Assembly (NCBI GenBank): GCA_905178155.1
Contig: CAJINV010000012.1
Span: 181,271-245,270 of the forward strand
Length of the DNA stretch: 64,000 bases
Direction: 5' to 3'
Source of the DNA: Amoebophrya sp. A120
Taxonomy: Eukaryota; Protista; Dinoflagellata
Positions 1 through 12,500 of this stretch are shown piece after piece (the first letter of the stretch is position 1; every line of letters starts with the position of its first letter). The position numbers were made by a program, and so were the translations under genes. A model generated the notes under the pieces. The model was not told the DNA's origin, searched no databases, and saw nothing but the letters and a program-made list of their open reading frames with translations.

Positions 1-250
1 AAATCGCCAGAAACCAAGGCAGCGGGCGCCTCAGAAGGGCGCCCCTTTTGCCGGCTCCCCTGCGTCGTTTTATCAAGTGCGAATCGATAGTTTTCGACCG
101 GGCTTGTTTGCCGCAAACGCCCCGGCCGCTTGATAAGTGAAAACTTTTTATGCTCAAAAACACTTCCGGCCGCTTCAAAACTGCCGGCCGTTTTTCAGGG
201 TAGCTGTCAAAAAAACTCCCTGGTTAGAACCGTTCGGTGACCTCACTACA

Positions 251-484
251 TACAATCTCAACTGTTACATAATGCAAGAACGGCAAAAGAAGTGAGTAGA
301 GAGGGAAGATTTTTGCACCGTTTGCATTACAAGTCTGGCGCAGGAGATTCTAATGCTATCTAACGAGTCGACAACTTGTCATGCGAAGCAGCTTGGTCAA
401 CATCAACATGTAGATACTGATCATGCCGATTTTGCATTACAAATTCACGCAACGGTCGAGAAAATAACATTTGAGAACTCCATA
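251..484. mobile_element. Introner family G, partial (left end displaced by an unrelated insertion at 1-250)
   Basis: TCTCAACTGTT motif and right end ...TTGAGAACTCCATA resemble element 10141-10379. Confidence 0.6.
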
Positions 485-542
485 TGCAAACTCGGTTCGG
501 TGATCGTTCCCGTTTTGTCCAGACACTGCACGTCCACTTCTC
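485..542 (-). CDS. P5 ATPase exon with the DKTGT phosphorylation site
   Basis: Reverse complement reads (G)EVDVQCLDKTGTITEPSL, in frame with LLLAGE once 543-698 plus one TTCTC is removed. Confidence 0.9.
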
Positions 543-3500
543 TATGAACTGCAAAAGTATAAGTATCGCACTCGTATTGCAGTTATACATTACAAAGCTT
601 GTTCGTGAATGTAAATCAGCATCACAAATTTTCTTTCTCATGCAGAGGAAATAATTTGTATATGCATTTATACGAGTACGATACTTTTGCAGTTCATATT
701 CTCCGGCAAGCAACAACCGCTTCAGCTCTAGCGTACGCGTCTTGTGGTAGATAAGATCCTCAGTGTTACAACTACTAAGAACACCTGCAGGAGATGAAGT
801 ACGACTACCGGGTTCTATCGTCTTGCTCCTGGTTCCCGCGGCTCCTACACGAGGACCTTGTGAGGCACCATTCCACAGGCGAAGCGACGCGAACTTCTGG
901 GCCATGTATCACAGGGAAAAGTATTTATACGGTAACGGAATTTGTGATGCAGCAACGCATCAGAAAACGTGTCAGAATTTGTCATGCATGGCCTGCATAT
1001 TGGGTTACGTTTGTGATGCATGACTGCCATCTGTGAAAACCGCCAACGTGTGACACTTTTTCTTGTGATACCATGGCTAGACCGGCCAAAATTCCGGGGT
1101 TGCACATCAGATAGGGGAGCCGGAGGGCGTCCATAAGGGAAGTGATAATGTTCTGGTAGACCTGATGAAGATGTTGAAACAAGGTGAGGTTTATATACTT
1201 GCGAGGGTTAGTAAACTTCTTTTCGTGCCCTTAGTCAATCAAAAATAAAACAAATGATAGTAGGTGCCTCAAGATGAAGATGCCAGTGTTGCCATTGCGG
1301 ACTAGGAGGCAAAGCCAAAGCATCCTCGACCTGTGCATTAAATGAGAGATAATTTGTACGGAAAAAGAAAAAGTCACTGTTGCCCTCTAAAAAAGGAGGC
1401 AAAATTTTACAGTAAAAGTAAAACCTTCACCTCCTTACAGCCAGGCGCATAAACACATAGATGTGGATGATATAGCACTTCTGCAGCTGGCTCTGTATGT
1501 CTACGACCATCACAAAAAATCAATGCCCTAGTTGTACCTGCCCCTGGTTCACAAGCAAATCAGGAATCATGGAGATAAGCATCAGCACGCTCGCCACGGT
1601 GAAGAGAATCCAGACAAACTGCTCCTGAAACACGTAGCGCACCGGGAGGGGAAACAAAATTTTGCGAACCAGACTCCCGTTCAATGTATAGGACCCCGTG
1701 TGGATTACCAAGCCAATGGCGCGGGTGACTGGCGGGGGCTTTTTCACCTCCTCCGCCGGGGGAGTAGTAGTTTGGGACGTAGTAGCCAAGACGTTGTCCT
1801 CTAGTTTCGCATGAGTCGCTTCGTTACTCATCTGGGCTTGTTGCCCTGGTGCCTGACTGTGCAGTAGACCAGTGGCTGCCAGTCCGCCAGATAGTGACGA
1901 TCTTTTTTCCATCGTTTTTACGTTCTCCTTGTCCGAGGCCCGCCCCTCCTCACAGGTCGACATTTGGACGTGTCTGGCTTTGCGTTTGATCTTCCCGTGA
2001 TCCACGACATTTTTGCTGCCTGGGCGTCGTGGCGTCGGCAGAGAGAGGAATCCACCACGATTGGGATTGCCGCCGCCCAGTTTATCCTTATCGTCCTTGT
2101 TGGAGGACGCTGCATTACCTCCCGAAGGCTCCATTGATGGGGACGTGAACATCTCGGATGATGTGACAGGCTTGTTGCAAGAACTACCTTCAGCACCCTG
2201 TGTTGGCGTAGTCGCTGCACCTACTGCGGAGTGCGAGTGGTCCGCATTTTTACAAGGTTTGTCAACTTGTTGGTCAGACTGGTGCTCTTCAAAGGCGGCA
2301 CTGTTGACGCTGGACAAGATCTCGGTGCCGCAATAGAGGAAATGTTTTTTCCCGTGCTTTGCCAAATCGAGGCACTCTGCGGAACCGAATTCCAGGTATG
2401 GAACTGTCATGATCGAAATTGACAAAGTTGAAATAATTTCTGCTGCATAAAACCGCTAGCAGCTGGCGCCAATTTTTCAAGTGTCGCATGACAAATGTTC
2501 CTGGCCCCTAAAGCAAATCTGTCATGCTGTTTAGGGCAAAAGGGCTCGTCCCCTCTGTCATGCTAATCAGCAGCCCAATTCTGGACGACCCTTAACAGCA
2601 CTACAATCTGCCTCCCTTGTGTCCTCTACAAAAATAGAGACAGTTTTTGAGTTGCAGTGTATGCGTCACAAACTATTTCAACTTTGACGATTTCAATCCT
2701 GACGCTTCCATACCAGGGGGAGCTTGGATACCGGCATGGGTTCGCCAGTCAGGTCCGCTTCATTCATCAACACGTTGCCCTGCAGCAAAACGCAGTCGCA
2801 GGGTACGATGCCGGACTCCGGGATCTGGAAAATATCCCCGGGCACCAGCTCAATGGAATTCACGGTTACCCACTTGTCCTCTTCCTGGGCGCGCTTGGAC
2901 TTGTTCGACATCTCGTTCAAAAACTCCGTATTGGAAGGCGGCTTGATGTTCTGCTGCTGCTGGGATTTTTCAACATCTTCTTGGGTCGTCTCCTTGTTCT
3001 CAAGGTCGGCGCCCACTTCCTCGTCTTTAATGTTGCCTGCAGGAGGACGATCATCTTCACGACTAGTAGCACTAGCACCGGGCGACGAGGAGGACGCGCC
3101 TTTGTTTTTTTTCCCCTTCATCTTCGGCTTATCTTTATTTGCTTTTCCCTTCCCCCCCGCGAGAGCCGCGGCTTCAGGACAACTACTCGAGGTCTGTTTG
3201 TTCGACGTCGTGCTTTTTTGCTTGCTTGCTTGTTTGTCGGATTTTTGCGTGCTTGTTCCTCTTTTAAAGCCTTCAGTAGCTCCTGCTTTAGCTGCGGTCC
3301 CTGTTCTTTCGTCATCCGAATCCTCTTCCTTACTAGGATTTTTCTCAGTCGAACTTTGCGCACCGCTGGTACTAGAACTACTTTTCTTCCGCGGGGACGC
3401 GGCTGAGGTGTCTTTTTTTCCACCCGCCGGGGTTTTACTATTCTTCTTCTTGCGATTTTTAGTATTCCGACTGCTGTCAGCACGACCCGCGTTGTGATGC

Positions 3501-6500
3501 AAACCAAAGGCGGCAACCAGCTCGGCCTCTTGCTGCTTCAGAACGGCGCGCTCCCGTTGCTTCTCCAGAATTTGCAAAAGCTTTTCGTCGAGAATTTCTT
3601 CCTCCTCATCTTCTTCCTCCTCCTGCGCCCGGGCGAGCTGGCTATCCAGTGTCAGTTCGTGGTCGGGATAGGGAAGGAGAAGCTCGTATCATATGTAAAA
3701 ATGTCCCCACGACCCCATAGTCAAGTTGGGAACTTAATAGCAACACAAATCCAGAAGTTTTGGGAGCCACGCATGAGAAGCTGCAGTCCGTAGTGTAGTC
3801 TGCATGTTAGGAAGGACAACCGCATCACAACAAATCCATCTTCTTTATCCTGTTTACAGCATTACAAATTTTAAAACACGATTGGAAAAAATGCCTGTCA
3901 TGGAGATGCGCATCACAAATCTTGCTGTAATCGCACATCTGCATGACAACTCTGGGGTGGGAACGTTTTTACTCACGATACAACCTCCGGGCTTTTATTC
4001 ACCGCGGCGCTGAGCACGGACGCAAAGGAACTCCTGCTCTGCCCTATCCTGTGCAAAAGAATCGCACTGGTATTGCAATCATGCATTACAAATTTTTTTC
4101 TTAAGGTAAATCCGCATTACAAATTTTATTTCTCACGCTGAGAAAATTTGTAATGCATTTATACGAGTACGATACTTTTGCAATGCATATGCCCCCTCCT
4201 GGTACTATTACCCAAGGCGTTGATGATGGTATTCCGCCGCGTTTCTTCCTCGTCCGACCCGGTTCGGTATGACAATGCACAACCCCCCGTCGGCCTCCGC
4301 CTCGTTTGTCATGCAAAATCCCAAATCCAGCGGCTGCCATGTACTAGCGCTGATTGCATGACAAATTTTTATGGAACAAGTCCAAACAGTACTGCTTACA
4401 CTCGTCGCAGGACCACGAACGTGTCATGCTCGGGCTCCACGTGTGCTGGTGTTTGTGTTGCTGTTCATGCCACACAAATGAGGGATACAAATGCGAGTTG
4501 TGCGCTCGGCTCTCATAATCGGAACAAGGTCCGGGCCAAAATGTGGTCCTGTTCCACTTTTTTCTTGATAGCCGCCTCGTCCGCCCGCAAAACCCGGAGG
4601 TCTTCGATCTGCGGGATCTGCGCGGCAATTTTGAGTTCCTCCATTGATTTTTTCTCGCAGTAGGCGATGTAGCACATTTGCACCAGGTTCAGACAGAAGG
4701 GCAGAATCGCGATGGCGAACCGAAAGTGGAAGCTGGACTGCAGGACACGGAACAGCAGCCAAATGTTCAGCACGTCGGTCATTTGCACTTGGAAACACTT
4801 ATGAAGTGCAAAAGCATCGTACTAGTATAGATTGCATTACAAATTTCCTTAGCATGACAGATGAAATTTGTAATGCTGTTTTAAGTAAGAAAGATTATTT
4901 GTCATGCATGTCTGCAATTAGTACGGGTACGATACTTTTGCAGTGAATAGAACTGCCAGAACCGGGGAATCTCGATTTCCACCTCGTTCTTGCCAAACTT
5001 TTTTCGTAACTCCTCGGACTGCAGCGTAGTCAGTGGCGTATCAAATGCAAAAATGTCTGGGTCTGAATGTCATGCACATTTTGCATGGCTCCTGGTGTCT
5101 GTGATGCTTTCCCTAGCATCACAAACATTGCGAGGGCTTCCTGATGCCTATACTGTATGAGAAATGCCCTCTCGCCGTGGCAAAAACTGAACCTCTTTTG
5201 CTGTTCATGCAATACAGATTTATTGTAGAATCCAAATCCAGCATCACAAGTTGCATTCTTCCAGACCCACACACGTTTGCAATGCATACGGGGCACTGGT
5301 TGCCAGTTCGAACAGAGGTTTGGACAACAGCTCGTTGCATCAAGTGCAAACATGTCTGGGTCTGGAAAGTTGCAGAATTTGTCATGCACCTCGCGGACAC
5401 ACTCATGGCCTGTAATGCACACAGAACCATCACAGATTTTTTGAGGCCTCTCTCACGCCTATTCCGCATGAGGAATTCGCCTTCTACCGAGCGAGAATCG
5501 GGTAAGAACCATTGGCGTTCATGCAGCACAGATTTTTTCGTGATTCAGATTTTGCATGAGAGGCTTCCTTCTTCCAGACCCAGACATAGTTGCATTTGTA
5601 TTTGATACGTTGCGCGTCGGCACAAATTTTTCCTCGAACTCTTCCTCCGAGTCATAGTGCAGCTTCTGGTTCTGGAAAAAGATCGATCTCTCGCCAAGAA
5701 AAGGTGCCGGTGCGGGATCTGGTGCTACAGCAATAGGGATACTAGGCTTGTTTGAATTCCTTGATTTAGATTTGTCCTTGGCTGTAGTTGGTTCCGACTC
5801 CACGCCGTTCTTCTTATTATTTTTTGTCCCGCCCACACAGCTGCTGACACTAGAGGCAGGTGTGCTGACGCCTTTCTTCTCCGGAGTCTTGCGCCCCGCC
5901 GCGGCCGGGGTACAAGAGTTGTTAATAGAGCCCGTTGGTTCGTCGTGAAGGTTTATTTTCTCATCGTGTAGTTCAGAATCCTGCCGTCTCTTTTCCTCGT
6001 GGTACGACCCGTGGTGCAAGCCAGTTGGGGAAAGAAGACCGCGGCCAGACTTCTTGTGGTAGTCTTGTTTTTCCACACGAAGACCAAGATCGTCCTATCC
6101 TGTGGAAAAACGTCCCCACCCCAGAGTCAAGATGGGCGACATCTCGCAACACAAATCGAGAAGTTTTGGGAGTCAAGCATGACAAGTTCGACTCTGTACT
6201 GTGGTGCAGTTTAGCAAGTACAGCCGCAACACAAATCCTGTTTACAGCATTCCAACGTCCAAAACACGACTGGAAATGCCTCTCATGGGGATGCGCATTA
6301 CAAATCTTCCTGTGACTGCATATCTGCATGACAACTATGGAGTGGGGACGCTTCTACTCAGGATACGTCCGGCTGCGCTACTAGAATGTTGCTTCCCGAG
6401 GCCGTTGTCGGTAACGGAATGGTATCCTGTGCAAAGTATCGTACTCGTACTTCTAATTGCTTTTATGCATTACAAGTCTTTTTCTGAAGGCAAATCCGCA

Positions 6501-9500
6501 TTACAAATGCCATTTGTAATGCTGAGAAAATTTGTAATGCAATTTATACTAGTACGATACTTTTGCAGCTCATAAATGGAAAGCACAGGCACCAGCGGGT
6601 CGTCATCATGGGGGTCCGTTTCAACAACAACATCATCTACTGCGACGTCGTTGTAACAGCCAACGCTTGACGACTTTTTTCCGGTAGTTTCGTCCTTGCG
6701 CGGCGCCACTGCTTGTTGGACGTCGAGTGCACCACCACCACGAACACCACCATTGGGAGCGTTTTCAATGTTCTCTTCAGCGTTAGTACGAGAAGGCAAC
6801 GACGAGGAGCCCAGTGGAGTCGATGTGATGTATTCCCATTCCGTCCTGCAAAGCAGATCATTCTCGCAATGCTCTCGTTTTTGATATCTGCTTGTTCTTC
6901 TCTCGTCCTCTCCGAGGATTGGTGGTGGTGGATTACTTGTATAACCTGTGGTGTCCTCGTCTTCGTCTCCCACCTCTGACGTTTCAGACGACTCACGCTG
7001 TCCTCTGCGGAGGCGATCGCGCGTGCTATCGGTGCCAGTAGTCTATCAGAGTGCAGAACACCTTCCCCTCCCCCTCAATTGTATGGCATGATGAACAGCA
7101 TCAGCAACACAAGCACCCGCAAATATGATGTGGGTCGTTCCACCGCATGACAAACCTCCTGGACACAGATTGTAGTACTGCTTGACGTTGTTCCAAAATT
7201 TGGCATGCAGACAGTGCCTAAAGGTAAAGGCAGGATGTGGACGTCGCTATCGCTTTGGTATTAATTTTGGGATACATATGGCTTTTTTTGGAACTGTCTA
7301 AACTGACAACGGAACTTTTTCGCGACCCTTGGATCCTTCCCCGCATGTTCTCGTGTTTTTTTAAAAAAAAGGGCCCAGACTGAAAACGGAACCCGAAGCA
7401 GTAAATAGGTGTTGAAATGGAAACACAGAACACCCAGGGAAGCTCCGGCTAGCGCCTAGAAGTAGAAAGACGGCTTCTGTGCGCATGGCTCCCACACAGG
7501 TGAGACAGAGCTTGCGAGGGTGGGAAAGTGATCGAATCGGTTTAGTTACGAAGAGACGCTGTCTGCGAAAGGAAGCGCGTGAGCCGAGACACTCACAGAG
7601 CAAGGGCGCCGGCTTTTGGTTCGTTGGAATTCACGCTCTTTGCCTGGTCTCCTAGAGACGGAAATGCAAATGCTTGCAATGGGTGCGCATTCTGTCATTA
7701 GACAGAGAGCAGAAGAACTAGTCTGGGCGCCACCGCCAACGGCTTCGCTTTCACTCGGATGGGGCCGGGCGATCTGATCCCTCAGAAACTTCACGGAAAT
7801 TGCCTCAACTTTTGTTGGGACAGAACCAGCACCCAGCTCGGCAAGTGCTCAACTCCTATCCACATGAAAGGGAAACGATAGGGGCAGGGGGAGGATGATC
7901 GAAAGCGGTACCAAAGCGCCCCACACATAAGGGCCGGCGCTTCATGGCCTAGAACAACCCAGAGCCAACCGATTTCAAGACTCCCACACGATCGGACTAC
8001 CCGGTGAGGGCGGTTGATCGTTTTACCCCCCTGATCGTGTAACAATATCGGCCAAAAATTTTCTTTGCCGAGGCCGCGCAGCCACCTCCACATTGTGGAG
8101 GCGGTTGCGCGGCCTCTGCAAATGCCCGTCAATGAATTACCAAAAACCCCAGGCACGAGGAAAAACAGCCAGGACAAGCCGGGAGCCTTGGTGTGCTCCG
8201 CCTTTCGTCTTTCGCTGGGCGCGACTTGGGACGCTGCCTCACAGGCAGGACAATGGAAACGAAAGACCATTTGGCTGACCGGCGGGGCACACAGGTGGGG
8301 AGACAGACAAGAACGAACGGTCGGCGGGGCTGCGGCCATTGAACGTGCGCAAATCCCGCAATTTTTGTCCCCCCTAGGAAGAGAGAGAGAAAAGAGAAAA
8401 CAAGATCTATATCTATTTTAGATCGAGAAAGAATAAGAAATAGAAAAAGAAGAAGAAAACGAAAGACGAGAAAACAAAAAACAAAAAAGCAAACGAAACG
8501 AACAAGAAGGCGAATCGCCACGGTATGGTGAATGTCGGTTCCGTTGTCAGTTTAGGTAGTTCCGAAAAAATCCGATCCCTTAATTTTGTATATATAAATG
8601 AGGGGAAGGAGAAGTTCAAGTTGTGCAGTCAACATCTCATACAGTCCTCACCCTGTCCACATGTTGACCGGCCGCGCCGGAGACCTGCAGAAAGTTCTGC
8701 TTCGACGTCTTTTGCGACTCCGCAGCCGGTGCTTCACGACCTGCATAATGCTGCTCAAAGGCTGTACCAGCAGGTTGTCGAGCAGCGGTCGAATTGTCGT
8801 CCCGCGCGGCCGGCGCGCTTGCGTCCTGCTCCTGCGCTTGAGGATTTTTTTCTTCTGTACATGGTGCGGAGTCGACAGATGTTGCGGAGGTACAACTACC
8901 TGCGCCTGAATTAGAGCTGTAACACCCGTTAGCATGAGAAGTGGTGAATTTGTAGCGAATCTTGCATGACAAATTGCAGATGAGTCCGCCGGGACATTGT
9001 CCCTCTTGCCCTTCTGGGAAGTGGGTTCTGCACACCGCAGAAGTTGTCAAGGCTTATGTGGCGGGCAGCTTCTAGACATGGCCTGGGCGTCGTTCTTCGC
9101 CCATAGCCATACAATTTCGTCTCCCTGTGCTCGCATAAGAGCACTGCAACAGCCGCGGCAAAGACGCCAAAAATAAGGGCTCCGGAGCACATACAATTAC
9201 GCAAGATGAAGGCGCGAGAGCAAGGGCGAAAGGACCAGGCCGAGAGCTTTGACGCGTCTATCCGGCAGGCGCGTGAGCTCTCCAGGCCTTTTCGGCAGAA
9301 TATAGACGGGCCGAGGGCAACAGAGGGCGCTTGTCTTTTCCCCTCGGCGCCACTTCCTAGGGCCTATTTGCGGACTTTTTTGAGCACTTTTCTGCGCTAA
9401 AGTTTGCTTATCACGGTCGAAAAGGGGCGCCCGGTGAATTTTGGGGTGAATTTTGAAAAGGGCGCCGGTGAATTTTGGCCTCCGGCTCCTTTTCAAAATT

Positions 9501-12500
9501 CGCTAGCGCGTGAGAAACTCCGGGTTTGGGGGCTTCAAAAAAGTGTCGCAAAAACAAAAAGCCTCAAAATTCACCAAGAGAATTCTTGACCTGAGAGCCA
9601 CCTCGAAAAAGACTTGCTCCGGGGGCAAAAACACGCCTGGGGAGTTGTAAGCCGAGCACACCAGGCCAAGCAAGCTAGTGCCCGTAGCCGAGTCGTGCCT
9701 TCCCTTCCACCCGAGGCTACTCCCAGATATCCAATTCCAAGCCACAACTCGTGAGAGCGCACGTGTTGAACTAGTGCCCCTGTGTTCAGGCGTCGCCCTC
9801 CCTCCCGACCATTCCGGAGAGGAACTTCTGAGGCAGACGCGCAGATGAACAAGAGCCCCACGACCCACACTCTTTGGTTACATATGCACTACACAGTCCG
9901 GCGGGCCCCAGCAAGACCAACCACTACTTCTTTCGGTGCTGCAAGTGCCACCTGGCACCGAGCAGCCCTTCACGCTGCGTGAGCTGCTTGGGCTCGTGCC
10001 CAGCCCTTTACGCAGCGCACTTCTCTTTTGAAGTAAATGCAAGTCATGCAATACAAATTCACCGCAAATTCACCCTTCTGTATGCTAACGACCGTCCAAG
10101 GCATAACAGATGGTGCGGAGGTACAACTACCTGCGCCTGATATGGTGTTCTCAACTGTTACATTCTCAACTGTTGCATGGATTTGTGATGCAAGAATTGC
10201 AAAAGTGAAAGGGGAGAGGTTGCACTTCTAGCATTACAAGTTTTGCACAGATTTAGGTGCTGTTTAGCCCTTCGCAAATTTGTCATGCGAAGCAGCTTTC
10301 CCGTGTGAATCTTGATGGTAGTTCTGCATGACAAATCCATGTAAGAACAGCTGAGAACGTAACAGTTGAGAGCGCCATACCTGAAGCGGATGTTGTTGAT
10401 GAACTCGAATTCTTCATCATCTTCTCGTCCTGCTTACTGCCGCCCTTTGCAGTTGTCTCGCAGGACGACCATTCGTTCTGATTCAAAAGGTATAACAGTG
10501 TACAACTCGTCCCCCTCCCCCTCATTTGTATTGCATGAACGGCAATACAAGCATCAGCAAGAGTGCTGGTGTTGCATGTTGATGTTACAAATTTGCACTG
10601 GAGTATAATGCTATTCGGGCAACTTACCAGAACTTGTCACGCAAACTGTGCCATGAGGAGAGGCGTAAGTGAGGTATTTTGCATGACAAATGAGGGGAAG
10701 GGGGAGTTGTGCACTCTCATAGGCTGGCGCGCGGCTTTCTCTGCCGTTCCTCTTCCTGCTCCTTTCGCAATTCTTGCTCCAGGGTCGCCTGCGCGGCCAG
10801 CTTGGACTTCCGGAGCTCCTCCTGCTGCTGGCCCTTGCCGAAGTGCTTCCGGCCCTGAATCAGGAGAACTTTCTCCCCCTCGGGACAGAAAGACACCGAG
10901 CGACGCGCTGCCCGCGAGTCAGCGCTCCCCGATTCCCCGAGGAGCGCACTGCCGACCGAAACGCAGGAATCCCGCCCGCCTGGCGCGTAGCACGACGAAT
11001 GTTTCCGCAAAATGGACCGCCGAGGCTGGGGACCGGTAGTTCCGGTTTTGTTCGCTGTTAGATCGCTGCTGTTGGACAAAGAGAGCCTTTGCAACTCTGA
11101 GGAGCCGGAACAGGAAGACCACTCACGGAGAAGGTGAGAGGACCAGATGCAGGGCAGGTCACGGTCTTCCCCCTTGCGTTGTAGGGACAGGTACTGCTGT
11201 TGAGCTGCGCCGGCGGACAATAGCATATTCTTTTTCTTTTTCACCCCCCGCGCCGTTTGCCGATCACACGATGAAAACGAGGAGGACGACATCCGAACGC
11301 GCTGCTCGTCCAGAAATTCATCTTGCCCCCGTCGTCCTGACGATATCCACAGTAAATTTCCCGCACACGGCGTACAAGTGCGGTCTCTGCATGACAAAAC
11401 TTGGCTTCGATCCTAGTTTAGCATGACAACTTTTCTTTATGCTCCAAATTGGCGAAATTTGTGATGCATCTTGTACATATACGGGTGGAAATTTGTATTG
11501 CATAGACGAGGAGCTGAGACCACTTCTTCGTCGCCTCGGAGCTGGAGCATCGGCAGTTCTATCGCAGTTTGGAGAGTGGTCTCCTTTGCAGTTTGGAGAA
11601 GTGCAGAACCTCTGATCATGTTCATGTTCAACATCATCTTCGGTAAGTAGAATGCTGTTGCGCGCTGGAGTTTCGTAAAAATCTGCGATCCGAGGAGAAG
11701 CTGGGACATCAAGCAACATCTTTGCCGCTGGAGATTTTTGCTGCGGGTGCACCAGGCCGCCATCTTCATGTTCTTCATCCGGAAGTCGCAGGTCGTAATC
11801 TTCCGGCAACAGTACTTCTGGTGGTGCGTCTCTGATGTTGTAGTTCGCATGATTTTTATTTTTAGTGCTCCTTTTTAAAGCTTGCCCTTGTTCACCACAC
11901 GACGAGGCCGAGGAGAGTCGGCGCATTCTTCTATAACTGGAATTGCAGCTCCCTGTGCGCCGGCGGCCGCGGCCAGGCGTGGCGTTATTTGTCCCTATTT
12001 TTCCGGAAGTAGCTGCCCCAAGAAGTCTGCGTCCTCGGACAGTGCTAGTGCAGCTGTCCAGATCAGTAAAAGACGACGACGACCTTAGTCTAGGTTTGAT
12101 CTTAATATTCCACCTTGGTGTCGTTTTCATTTCCTCCTGTACAGCTAATTCGGCGGACACAGGAGAGGTCTTAAAATCTTCTTCCGTGGTTTTGTTCCAC
12201 TGGCGTGTCAATTGCACTTTCTCCTCTGCTCATCCAAAAAAAAACTGTGCACGTGTAGCTGCTGGTGGAGCTGGTGTTTTATTGGGGTCGTAGCATGACA
12301 GATTTGCATTTATTTCTGTGCATGACAGCGAAGTCCTCTTACGAGGAGTATCTAGTACAACGTGAAGACAAAAACAGGTAATGAAAAAAGGACACTATGG
12401 TTGGCCAGTATAACGAGTTGCTTTGCGACGTACTTATGCACTTACTAATCAGACAACTTGCACTTACACAATTTCTCTTCTTGCATACGGCTTTTCTTCT

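Noticed and set aside
1-250. Insertion ending in CACTACA (possible LTR end or CACTA terminus)
   Set aside because: The other end is outside the window, so it cannot be classified
2657-3497. Plus-strand ORFs of ~250 aa
   Set aside because: Antisense shadows of the ATPase exon carrying the TGE motif
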